Below, in pieces: positions 29,501-38,287 of a stretch of 64,000 nucleotides of DNA (positions are counted from its first letter, which is position 1; each line of letters opens with the position of its first letter). Below the pieces are notes generated by a model that was not told the origin of the DNA, made no database searches, and worked only from the letters and a program-made list of their open reading frames with translations. Made by a program: the position numbers and the translations under genes. Source of the DNA: a virus; IMG/VR virus record IMGVR_UViG_3300024052_000085, positions 1 to 64,000 of that record. The stretch is one strand, 5' to 3'.

Positions 29501-32500
29501 GTGTTCCAGATGAGCTTAGTTTAATTACTGAATACGATTCTAATGGTGAGCTAGTAAGATCTTCTCAGGATATGGTCTTAGCTAGATTAAATATAATTAA
29601 CAATCCTGGAAGTAATAGAGAAACTCCAGATGAAGTAAGAGAAAGAGAATCTGGGAGAGGTTCTCTAGCTTCTATATCTAGAACATCTATTCCTGATATT
29701 GCTTCTATAGCTAATATTAAGGGCGTCGATAATATTATCAATTACTTTGATTGGAGTGGACCTCAGGAAGTAGTAGATTTAGGTAAAAGGTATTTTAATT
29801 ATCTACGTACTCAGAAAGAGAGAGATAAAGAACGAAGAGAGCAAATAGCTCTTCTAAAGGCAGAGGGTGAACTTGCTTTAGAAGACACTAGATTCATTTC
29901 TGCTTTATCTGGTGATCAAACGTTTACTCCTAACGTTGCAACTCTTTGGAAGTCCGTAACTTCGGATGATAAGTTTGACTATGAAGATTATTTACCAGGT
30001 ATGTTGCCTTTAGATTCTAGAACTCCTTTAGGTGTTAGGGATCAAGCAAGAATAGCTGCCTCAGGAGAAGGTATAGGTACTCAGGCAGCTCTTATGGCGG
30101 CTGGAGCCGTTATGGGTATGGTAGATCCTCTTCAGATAGGTTCAGATGTAAAAGAAGGTTGGGGTGCATGGGAGCAGGAACAAGAGCTTATCGATCAACG
30201 TAGAGCAGAAAGAATTGAAGCCTTAACTTCTACAGAATTAGCAGAAGAGGAACGAGTTAAAGAAGAGGGATTGTCTAGAACTGAAATGATGTTCTCGTCT
30301 GCAGCACTTTCAGGAATTGATTCAAAAGGGCCTTCAGCAGATGTAATAAGAATGATTCCTGGCCAAGAAGATTATGCTCCAGGTAGAATAGAATGGTTTA
30401 CTAAAATGATGGCTGTAGGTATGGTTCCTGGAGTAGGAACTGTTCAAGGTGTTACTGCAGCTATTAAAGCTCCAGAACATATTTCTAGAAGCATGGCTAT
30501 AGGTCAAGCTGTTGGCTCTACTATTATGGATCTAGCTTTCTTCCTTCCTTTGGCAAAAATTAGAATACGTCCTTCAACCATTAAAAATACTGGAGTGACA
30601 CATATTTCTAATAGAGCTGATGATGCTATAAGAGAGTTTTCTAAAGCTCGAGATGTTCTATTAAAACAAGGTAAAGATGCTCCTACACTAAAATTTGAAG
30701 AAGTCTCTAGTTATGACCATATACGAGAAGTTAATAGAGTTATAGATAATCTAGAAGACGTTGAGGGATTAAATATACTTCCAGACGAGTTAGTCGTTTC
30801 GAATAATTTAGATCCTATGCACGTATCAAATTCTATAAACGCTCGGAAGGGTATAATAGATCATCTAGATAGTAAGGTAACTGTTGAAAATCTTCTTGAT
30901 GATGTAAACTCTCCTAAAAATATTTCAGACAAAGTTAAATTAGAATTTGAAATCGATACTAACGTACCCGATCCTAGATTAAATTCTGAAGATCTTAATA
31001 CTGTTATTCAACTTCTTAAAGAAGACAAACCTGAAAGTGTACAGATTGAATATTGGGCAGTTAAGGAATCCAAAGATTCTGCTCCAGCAATAAAACCAGA
31101 AGGTACTATTAAATCTAAAAGTCCTGCTGCAGAGATTGCAGAACTTCGTAGATCTGCTAATTCTATTGAAGAACTTAATATCCCAAGCATGAAAGAGACA
31201 ATACGTGCTAATGAACAAAACCCTAGTGGAGGTATTGATAGAGCACAATTTTTAGACGAATCTTTAAATCGTTTAGAAGAACAAGTAGCGAGTAAGAGAA
31301 GTAGAGCGGATCTTCTTGAAAGAGGAGAGACACCAGAAGACTTTTCAACAATAATATCTGAAGGAGATTTACTATCTTCAATCAATAGAGTTACTCCTAC
31401 TGAACTTAAAGCTTATGTTGATGGTATTCGTGAAGCACTTGAAGAAGCAGATATAACTGTAGTTGTTAAAGTTAAAGAAGGAAAGGCAATAACTGCAGAT
31501 CAAGTATTGACTCCTGATGAAATAAAATTTATACCTGAACAATCTAAGTTCGACGCTGCTGCAGAAGGTTTTGGAACTCCTCCTAAAGATGAAGTTGTAA
31601 AGATGCCTTCTGAGGATGATTTTTTTACTCGTTTAGATGATCAATGGGAGCCAGAGGGTACATCAGATTTTAATATTCAAGATATTATAGGACCTGGACC
31701 TAGCGATGGCCCTACGGCATTTACAGGAACGTCTGCTGTTATGGAACGAGTAGGTGCGGAAGTACAGCCTCAAGTATCTTCTGCTCAACTACAACAAGCT
31801 ATGCAGCAAGCAGACAACCTAGGTATACAAATAAAAGGTACTGTAACAAGTCCTGAAGATTTAAATTACTATGTTCAATATACTACTGAAACGACAGCTA
31901 CACCTGTAACTCTTTCTTTCACTGACTTCTTTGGTCCCGCTTTAGGTACTTCTCTATCTTCGACTATGGAACAATATAGAGGTCTTGATTATGCTGAGTT
32001 ACCTAAATCTTTATCTGTTACAGGTTATACTCCTGTAATTGATTTGTCTGCCTATAACTTTAATACTTCAGGAGAAGCTTCAGCTGTTCCAACGTCTTAT
32101 ACCCCCTACTTTAGTAGCTATATTGGAGAAGACCAAGTAAGTCAGGGAATTAATCCTATTCTCTATAATAGAGGTTTAGAAGGTTTAGCTATAGCCCCTA
32201 ATATAGGTTCTAATAAATCTCCTCAAGGTCTATTAGGAGGAGTAGATACTATAGGTAAGTTTGATAAAACGATTCCTATGATGTTAACTGCACCTGATAA
32301 TCCAGTAAGATTTGAACCAGGTAAAGGTTGGGTTCAAGATACTGGAGAGTATACTTTTACTGATGCTACAGGCGGTCAAGAACAAAGAATAATATCTACA
32401 GGCACTGGAACAGAAGGAATGTCAGGTGTAACACCTTCTGAATTTACAAGTCCGGGCTCTAGACAATTTGTAGGTCCTGGATCTAAACAATTTGTAGCTC

Positions 32501-33192
32501 CTGGAGAGGGTATATCTAGTAGTCCTGTTTCAGGCACTAGGTCGAGTACTAGTTCTTCTACAAGCGCAGCTAGTAAGGCGGGAACTAAATCATCTACTAG
32601 TTCAGCAACTAAATCAGCAACTAGCTCTGGAACCAAGTCTGCTACAAGTGCTACTACAGCTTCAGCTCAATCAATTCAGTCAGCTATGTCCACAGGAACA
32701 GCTTCTGCAGTTAGTGTTTCGACTGGAGTTAGTGTAGATGTATCTCCTTTAATATCTCCGGCGATCAAACCTGTAGTTAAACCTAAACTTAAGGATAAGC
32801 TTAAGGAAGATACAAAAGTTAAGAGTCCAAAATTACCTAAGAGAAAACCTAAAGTTAGGGGAAAGGATAAGGATAAGAAAGTGGACGAGAAATATAAGGC
32901 AGCTAATATTAAAGGTGCAGTAGCTTGGAAGCAAGATGATGTTACTGGTGTTTATGTAATTTGGTATCCTCCGTATAATTTAGAGACTTTAGATTATGCT
33001 CTTCAAATTCCTGGGGGAGTTAAACGAGTAAAGACTATTCAAACTGCTTGGAGATGGATACATAATAGAGGAGGTGAGGTACCTGAAGATTCTTTAAGAG
33101 AAGTAGCTCTACTAGCTAAATCGTCTGCTCCTAGTCCTGCAAGTACTTTAGATGATATCTTGGGAGGAGAAGGAAAATTAATATTAAAGTAG
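26581..33192 (+). CDS. 2203-aa acidic virion-associated protein with degenerate helical repeats
   Basis: Directly after the capsid genes; acidic N-terminus, Ser/Thr-rich then Lys-rich C-terminus. Confidence 0.55.
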   Translation: MGLDHRFGGDHPLSSGPANVPEPEELQQITESEPESVDTYEPPEMISSGIHEVFTQEDIDSAADDWQDIMDAQEPDPEPEYEPDPEPDPIPEPVETFIEDDIFFDQTASDEEYEEIIDAAIEAAIEEPVVIVPAPAIGPQESELPFIAPPDEIILPDSVTSESQEETETNVELATIALQTEKDLLIVETQNDNFEELVENIETVTASDVFRQEAVGSITSEQAATVLTEIKGNQEQEQHAAQVEALRPATEIQESLTTLIEMEGEGSSFFSTVNNHFTRHVESRTERGLVTDEAEATRLFETIRDQLAPQLKDQITHLVSSGNTSIINALDHGFTERELRDFGYTTEHYQNAVETRTIRDAVIISHQGNVIEALVKSEDVTEDNLIKLYSEETVAQIVNVSNFADSEGIVDPYAAIVTDSDNIAEDLKLFFNEDFIDTLGEVSEYIEVGEEGEESLVNAESYVRDSLEDGDLEVVEENLTKLGFSNASSYIESVQTIVKAEIATDVIEEAIGIEDLNNFEPDNKTRSSKIFTLYARTENSDSQVLVDYGYPEDISEGIIVVKDFIDTEGVLDSYGAALGGKTKEELEGAGITEADANSATQWGRVSRAIYADIGVRPENVTPLQAAKSQGIYGTSILFGDNIAWAAMHTVPHLTKDGTLLPQVAMANGLNSNHLITLGVPEERVRNLRTLSTYFNKDNREYDTALMWSDPEAREAILNLAPQDTDSLESAFKFGEARETFRLSFGIDSYSDDPGIDAPTDLSTATPIAFIHQGGDPQVLKDMTVDPETVDAIVTLNNFGTISREGSIDIRRSMDHNEAEPDKGIKAALRTLEVSWEDINKQEKRIEEAPLVRAAQSRLGLTDSSLPDEITGDVSTFNPTKYYLENGPEDFTIAKFKPEYVEALETLYNNDRIASDGSLLIGNLITLKDDFTTEWVPAAIPLENEEYQALTTLGVDVTEIPEYESYMHSLVKTEGVPDELSLITEYDSNGELVRSSQDMVLARLNIINNPGSNRETPDEVRERESGRGSLASISRTSIPDIASIANIKGVDNIINYFDWSGPQEVVDLGKRYFNYLRTQKERDKERREQIALLKAEGELALEDTRFISALSGDQTFTPNVATLWKSVTSDDKFDYEDYLPGMLPLDSRTPLGVRDQARIAASGEGIGTQAALMAAGAVMGMVDPLQIGSDVKEGWGAWEQEQELIDQRRAERIEALTSTELAEEERVKEEGLSRTEMMFSSAALSGIDSKGPSADVIRMIPGQEDYAPGRIEWFTKMMAVGMVPGVGTVQGVTAAIKAPEHISRSMAIGQAVGSTIMDLAFFLPLAKIRIRPSTIKNTGVTHISNRADDAIREFSKARDVLLKQGKDAPTLKFEEVSSYDHIREVNRVIDNLEDVEGLNILPDELVVSNNLDPMHVSNSINARKGIIDHLDSKVTVENLLDDVNSPKNISDKVKLEFEIDTNVPDPRLNSEDLNTVIQLLKEDKPESVQIEYWAVKESKDSAPAIKPEGTIKSKSPAAEIAELRRSANSIEELNIPSMKETIRANEQNPSGGIDRAQFLDESLNRLEEQVASKRSRADLLERGETPEDFSTIISEGDLLSSINRVTPTELKAYVDGIREALEEADITVVVKVKEGKAITADQVLTPDEIKFIPEQSKFDAAAEGFGTPPKDEVVKMPSEDDFFTRLDDQWEPEGTSDFNIQDIIGPGPSDGPTAFTGTSAVMERVGAEVQPQVSSAQLQQAMQQADNLGIQIKGTVTSPEDLNYYVQYTTETTATPVTLSFTDFFGPALGTSLSSTMEQYRGLDYAELPKSLSVTGYTPVIDLSAYNFNTSGEASAVPTSYTPYFSSYIGEDQVSQGINPILYNRGLEGLAIAPNIGSNKSPQGLLGGVDTIGKFDKTIPMMLTAPDNPVRFEPGKGWVQDTGEYTFTDATGGQEQRIISTGTGTEGMSGVTPSEFTSPGSRQFVGPGSKQFVAPGEGISSSPVSGTRSSTSSSTSAASKAGTKSSTSSATKSATSSGTKSATSATTASAQSIQSAMSTGTASAVSVSTGVSVDVSPLISPAIKPVVKPKLKDKLKEDTKVKSPKLPKRKPKVRGKDKDKKVDEKYKAANIKGAVAWKQDDVTGVYVIWYPPYNLETLDYALQIPGGVKRVKTIQTAWRWIHNRGGEVPEDSLREVALLAKSSAPSPASTLDDILGGEGKLILK

Positions 33193-33199
33193 GTTAATT

Positions 33200-33517
33200 A
33201 TGAGAAATATTTTAAGAAGGCAGTTTCATTGGGTTTATGGTAAAACGGGTATGGGTAAACCTATAGTTATGGGTCCTTATAGTGAACATTTAAAAGCGAA
33301 TACAATTTCTGAGAAATTAGAAGATGGTAGAGTCTTCAGTCTCAATACTCGAAATATGCAGCAAGCTACAAGAACTATTAAAGCTCAACTCGTTCAATCA
33401 ACAGGTAAAATAGATGAACATATTCAAAGACATGGACACTCTGTAGAAGGTCAGAAGGTTTCTTTTGATAATCCTACTTCTAGTTTAGCTAACGAAATTA
33501 TGAGATCCTCAGATTAA
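33200..33517 (+). CDS. hypothetical protein (morphogenesis block)
   Basis: ORF track, context. Confidence 0.55.
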   Translation: MRNILRRQFHWVYGKTGMGKPIVMGPYSEHLKANTISEKLEDGRVFSLNTRNMQQATRTIKAQLVQSTGKIDEHIQRHGHSVEGQKVSFDNPTSSLANEIMRSSD

Positions 33518-33530
33518 ATTAGGTTATAAT
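33509..33530 (+). promoter_or_regulatory. virus-specific promoter motif, copy 3
   Basis: TCAGATTAAATTAGGTTATAAT upstream of the membrane protein/ATPase genes. Confidence 0.7.
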
Positions 33531-33549
33531 TTTTCAAAGGAGGTTTAAT

Positions 33550-34140
33550 TTGGAACTTATTATAACGCTTATAAAATCATTCAGTCTTATGATGGGTATC
33601 TCAGGCGGAACATTATTAGTATTCGGTCTAGCGATGATCGTTTGGGTCCGCAAGAACGCTAAGTCAAAAGTATTTGCATTTTTTGTAGAACCTAATAGAG
33701 AATTAACCACAGAACTTATTACAATAGATCCTCAAAGCAATCCAGATAAAGTACGTTCGGAAGATGGCGGCGATTATCTAATACATCCTACTAAAATGTT
33801 TTGGCATTCATGGCCACCTGGATTTCCATCTTGGGTTAAAGAACCAATTCCTGCTTGCTTATATGTTAGAAATCAAGCAGAACCTTTAGATCCTGTAAAC
33901 ACTAAATCTATATTAACTGCTCACTCTCTTCGTTATATGACAGATGAAGAAATGTTAAGACAAACGTGGAAAGATGCAAGAGAACAATTAGATGCAGATA
34001 AACCATTCAATCAGTCAAAAATAAGTTTATATCTTTCTGTAGCAATAGTAATAGCACTTTGTGCTGTTGCTTATATGTCTTATAATAGTATGTCTATAAT
34101 GCAAGAGATTCAGTTACTACTTCAAGGAGCTGCATCGTAA
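33550..34140 (+). CDS. membrane protein with N- and C-terminal TM helices
   Basis: Hydrophobic termini; AGGAGG RBS with TTG start. Confidence 0.7.
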   Translation: MELIITLIKSFSLMMGISGGTLLVFGLAMIVWVRKNAKSKVFAFFVEPNRELTTELITIDPQSNPDKVRSEDGGDYLIHPTKMFWHSWPPGFPSWVKEPIPACLYVRNQAEPLDPVNTKSILTAHSLRYMTDEEMLRQTWKDAREQLDADKPFNQSKISLYLSVAIVIALCAVAYMSYNSMSIMQEIQLLLQGAAS

Positions 34141-34463
34141 TGGCTATAATACCTAGAGGTTTACTTGATGATGAGATGGGGGAGGATCCTCGTCCAGCTC
34201 CTTATAAAGTATTATTTGATAGTGACGATACGGAGTTAATTAAAATAACAGAAACTCCTACAAGAATGATACTTCCAATGGTTAGAATGGCTTTGATTGA
34301 TCAAGCTACCAATAAAAAAAGAAAGGAGTCTCTCATAAGTATTTTTATGAGAAACTTTGACTCTAGAATGATTTCTAGAGATCGTAAAGGAAGAATAGAA
34401 GCAGTTCAACTCCTTCAAAATAGAAGAATGGAAGAAGAAGGGTCTGACGATATTCCGTTATAG
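34140..34463 (+). CDS. hypothetical protein preceding the ATPase
   Basis: TAATG-coupled. Confidence 0.6.
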   Translation: MAIIPRGLLDDEMGEDPRPAPYKVLFDSDDTELIKITETPTRMILPMVRMALIDQATNKKRKESLISIFMRNFDSRMISRDRKGRIEAVQLLQNRRMEEEGSDDIPL

Positions 34464-34474
34464 GACATTAAATT

Positions 34475-35272
34475 ATGGCTACAGAATTAATAACACCAGA
34501 TACAGAACTAGTAACTGCTACTCCACAGCAGGTAGAAAAACCTTGGAACAAACTTACTCAAGCTGAACAAAGAGTTCTTATAGCTCAGGCTAAGCAAGAA
34601 AGGATTCTCCAAAAACAAGCTGAAGCTATAGGTTCTCTAGTACGTAACATTACATTATTCGAAGGTAAAAAGGGTAGAGGTAAAACTCTAGCTGCAGTAG
34701 CTATGGCTTATCAAATGAGAGAGTTTTTTGATATTCCAACTACTGTTATAGGCTCCAGTATGGATCTTACTGATAAATATGGTCCTTACACTTTCTTAGA
34801 TGAGAGAGAGTTTATAGATAATCTAGATCGCATTACCAAAATCAGTAAAGGTACTGAAGATGCTGAAGTAGGTGATGCTATAGAACAAGTTATGGATAAT
34901 ATGGGAATCTCAATCCATAATTCTCTTCTAGTATTCGACGAGGCTTACAAGTTCTTCGATGCTAGAACTCCTTCTGATAAGTTAGTTAGAGTATTCGGAT
35001 ACTTTGTAGCCCAGAGTCGTCATTATAAATGTAGTCTATTCTTAATATCTCCAAATAGAGATATGATAGATAAAAGAGTACGTAGACAGATAGATTGGTT
35101 TGCTAGATGTTTTACAAATAAGAGAACCAACATTACAACTGTAAGACTTACAGGCGGTGTTGAATCTTGGAAGCTTAGAGTTAACGGTCCTACCTATTGG
35201 GATATGTATGACACTCATGCTATACTTGGTTTTAGAGCTAAGCATCTCAATATAACGACAGAACAACAATGA
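34475..35272 (+). CDS. Zot/pI-like (FtsK-HerA superfamily) morphogenesis/packaging ATPase
   Basis: Walker A GKKGRGKT, Walker B LLVFDEA, FDAR, QSRH, IDKRVR; no TM anchor. Confidence 0.85.
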   Translation: MATELITPDTELVTATPQQVEKPWNKLTQAEQRVLIAQAKQERILQKQAEAIGSLVRNITLFEGKKGRGKTLAAVAMAYQMREFFDIPTTVIGSSMDLTDKYGPYTFLDEREFIDNLDRITKISKGTEDAEVGDAIEQVMDNMGISIHNSLLVFDEAYKFFDARTPSDKLVRVFGYFVAQSRHYKCSLFLISPNRDMIDKRVRRQIDWFARCFTNKRTNITTVRLTGGVESWKLRVNGPTYWDMYDTHAILGFRAKHLNITTEQQ

Positions 35273-35475
35273 TCTTGACTCTTACAACCTCAGGAAGAAG
35301 AAAAGCTAAGGACGTTATGGGTAAAGGGATAGAGCAATCTATCCTTTCTACCTTAGAAGAGAATGGTCCTGCTACTATCGAAGAACTAGCAAAAGATATT
35401 GCCATTGCAGAGTTTAAAGTTAAAGAAGCTGCTGCTAAGCTAGCTAACGGCAATTATCTTACGAGGGAAGACTAA
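35269..35475 (+). CDS. winged-helix DNA-binding protein
   Basis: IL..L...GPAT.EELA......V...L...NYL. Confidence 0.65.
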   Translation: MILTLTTSGRRKAKDVMGKGIEQSILSTLEENGPATIEELAKDIAIAEFKVKEAAAKLANGNYLTRED

Positions 35476-35780
35476 TGCCTGCTCTGTTTTTTATCTTAGG
35501 ATCTGTAATGCTATTTATGTTTATATTTATAGCAGGCAAAACAGGTCTAGGTACTATAAAACCTTTACTCTCAGTAGCTTATGTGGGTCTCTGGTTATAT
35601 TGTATGTTTGAAGCTGTAATGATATTTTCTACAGATAGAAAAAAGGGTAAAATGACTGTAGAAGAAGTACAGTCTGAATATGGAAGAAGAATTGGAGGAG
35701 GAAGAAGGAGAAAAAGAATTAGTACTCAGGAAGCTTATGCTGCAAGGATAGCAGCTTATGGTGAAGTATACAAAAGATAA
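35475..35780 (+). CDS. two-TM membrane protein with basic tail
   Basis: Hydrophobicity pattern. Confidence 0.6.
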   Translation: MPALFFILGSVMLFMFIFIAGKTGLGTIKPLLSVAYVGLWLYCMFEAVMIFSTDRKKGKMTVEEVQSEYGRRIGGGRRRKRISTQEAYAARIAAYGEVYKR

Positions 35781-35858
35781 TGTTTACATTTGAACAAAGA
35801 CATATTTTATTGTTTGCAGTAATTGGAATTGTATTAATAGCTACGTTTATAGTTTTAT

Positions 35859-36965
35859 ATGATACGCCGTAATATAGTAATCACGTCACTCCTAATAATT
35901 GTATTAGCTCTCATTCCGATGAGGGCTTTTGCTCTGTCTGATGTTCCAAATAAATTTGAAATTATAGACGTTATCAAAGCTCGTAGTGTAGTAGAAGTCG
36001 GAGATGCTTTATACATTATGCAGTACAATGTAGAATATACTGCACCAGCTTGGAGTTCTGCCTTTGATTCAATAGGAGGTTCAGGTTCAGGTATTGATGG
36101 AACTTTCCTAGGTGCTCTAAGAGACTATGATAGTACAGGTCCGTCCTATAATGATGCTGCTGGATTAATTGGAGGTATTTATACTGGCTCTAGTTTACAA
36201 GAAGGGTACGGATACGGAATTTGGTCTATATATGCATCTGCTAATACTTATGCTACTTACACATTTCCTAATGAAGAAGTTTTGTGTATGTTTAACGGTG
36301 CAAATGGGCCCGCTAACCAACTAATATGTAAAAATGCAGGTGACTTTGAAGAAGTAGGTTATGACAACCTAATAAATAATAGCGGTCTTCAGACTGAAGT
36401 AGTTAAGATGTTTAATACTTTGGAGATTCAATGGGACCAGATTAACCAAACCCAGAATAGTGGAGCTCCAAATAGTATTGACTTAATAAATATAGCCTCT
36501 AATGGAGAACCTCTATTAACTGCTTTAGGTTCGGATTATGCAAATAATACTATACTTAAATTAAAGTTAGCTTTGGTAGACCTCTTTGAGGCGGGTACTG
36601 TTTCACCTAGTTATATAGAAGAAACTTTTGATACTACTTATTCAGACAATATGACTAACTATTTTGTAGGTACTGATTTAGATCAAGATCCTGCGTCAGG
36701 CTCTCCTTTAGTTATGTTAGGTGTCTGGTTAAGTATGCCTACTATAGTTGTTTCTACTTTAATAGTTCTTATGGTAGGAGGTAGTATTGCGGGAGCTACT
36801 ATAATAGCTACAGGACGTTCTGAGATAGGAATGTTCTCGATGATAATGATAATTCAAGTAGCTGCATTTGTTGGAATGATAAGCTTTGCAGTAGCAGCAA
36901 TCTTAGCAATGTTAGGAGCTTTAGCATTGGGTTACATATTCTTCTATAAGAGTAGTACATCTTGA
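35859..36965 (+). CDS. secreted-domain virion membrane protein (signal peptide, C-terminal TM bundle)
   Basis: N-terminal signal ending AFA; about three C-terminal TM helices. Confidence 0.7.
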   Translation: MIRRNIVITSLLIIVLALIPMRAFALSDVPNKFEIIDVIKARSVVEVGDALYIMQYNVEYTAPAWSSAFDSIGGSGSGIDGTFLGALRDYDSTGPSYNDAAGLIGGIYTGSSLQEGYGYGIWSIYASANTYATYTFPNEEVLCMFNGANGPANQLICKNAGDFEEVGYDNLINNSGLQTEVVKMFNTLEIQWDQINQTQNSGAPNSIDLINIASNGEPLLTALGSDYANNTILKLKLALVDLFEAGTVSPSYIEETFDTTYSDNMTNYFVGTDLDQDPASGSPLVMLGVWLSMPTIVVSTLIVLMVGGSIAGATIIATGRSEIGMFSMIMIIQVAAFVGMISFAVAAILAMLGALALGYIFFYKSSTS

Positions 36966-38287
36966 AAAAGAAAAATCTAGTAACTATAATATTAATAACA
37001 CTTACTACTCTTCTTTTAGGAGGTGTAGTTCAAGGGGATTCGGTACACGTAGGAGGAGCTGCATTAGTTCAGGGTATTGAAGTTCCTGCAGCCTCTGTTG
37101 CGGCTGTAGATGTTACTGTAGCTGTAAAAATTGATAGTGAATCCGAAATAGCTTCTGGTATAAGCGACGATGAAGTAGGAGATACTGGAGTTGCAACTGC
37201 TTTGATAACAATGCAATTGCATTCAGGAACTACTGATGTTCCTTTTATGCCTGGAACTAAGAATCAGCCAATACTTCAATATATAGATAAAGTGGGGACT
37301 AATGTTACCTCAGGTACTACTACACCTGCTTATAGTGGAGTAGGTGAAGATTTATTACCCTCTGCCCCTGCTGAAGAAGTATTTATGGCTATAGATCATA
37401 GAGCTCTTACTTTAGAAATGGATATGGGTCAAACTTCTTCAGGTACTTCAAGTGATTGGGAACTATACTATTTTAATCCTACAACCAATCTTTGGGTACT
37501 TTTTCCTGATGCTGAGGCACGTTTTACTACAACAGTAGGTCTTACAACTTTAAGTAGTACTACTGATCTACCTCTTGGGTGGACTAAAGGTACTCCGACA
37601 GACTTTGTAAGTATGACAGCTAATGCTTATTGGATTAAACTTAAACAAATAGCTGTAATAACTCCAAAGGTTCCGCAAGTAAAAACGATAGAATATAGAA
37701 CAGGAATCATGTTGTTTCATATGGATGAACATCAGATAAGCTTTGCGCAAGACTTCCTAGTCTATAAAGGAGGTACTACTACAATGAGAACGTTTAATAG
37801 TTATTTTCCAGGCTTTGATGGAATTACCCAAGCAGATCAGCCTTATCTAGAAATGAATTATGGAGCAACTACATCAGGATCTACTGATTGGGGTTTTGAA
37901 AGTTCTGTAGGCCTTAATTTAGACAAGAATGAATCGGGAAGTATATTTTCTAAATCAGGTTCTATGACTTTTAACTTTACTACAGCTGCTGCAGCTGGAG
38001 GTAATAACGCATTTACATTGTCTACGCCTGGATCTTCAAGCTACTACGGAGAATGGTCACATAATGAAAATGATGGTGGTGGTTATTATTCAGGAGCTGG
38101 AATAGAATCTCACTCAAAAGGATTTACTAATAAAGCAAGTAAATATAAAACAGCGAGAGAAGAAGATAATTCGGATAGCGTAACCTCAGATACCGGCGTA
38201 GTCGGAATAAGTAATTTAAAAGGAACAGATCCGGGGGGAACTGACACTACTCCCGTTTTTGGAGCGAAATTAAATGACCCTAGTTAA
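36962..38287 (+). CDS. signal-peptide, Ser/Thr/Gly-rich beta protein (virion surface)
   Basis: KKK plus hydrophobic signal; composition. Confidence 0.6.
   Translation: MKKKNLVTIILITLTTLLLGGVVQGDSVHVGGAALVQGIEVPAASVAAVDVTVAVKIDSESEIASGISDDEVGDTGVATALITMQLHSGTTDVPFMPGTKNQPILQYIDKVGTNVTSGTTTPAYSGVGEDLLPSAPAEEVFMAIDHRALTLEMDMGQTSSGTSSDWELYYFNPTTNLWVLFPDAEARFTTTVGLTTLSSTTDLPLGWTKGTPTDFVSMTANAYWIKLKQIAVITPKVPQVKTIEYRTGIMLFHMDEHQISFAQDFLVYKGGTTTMRTFNSYFPGFDGITQADQPYLEMNYGATTSGSTDWGFESSVGLNLDKNESGSIFSKSGSMTFNFTTAAAAGGNNAFTLSTPGSSSYYGEWSHNENDGGGYYSGAGIESHSKGFTNKASKYKTAREEDNSDSVTSDTGVVGISNLKGTDPGGTDTTPVFGAKLNDPS

Noticed and set aside
34475-35272. Classifying the element as an inovirus or an integrated inovirus prophage because of the Zot-like ATPase
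   Set aside because: The genome is >64 kb with dsDNA replication genes and no rolling-circle Rep. The ATPase lacks a TM anchor, and the block shares the promoter motif and composition of the rest of the genome.
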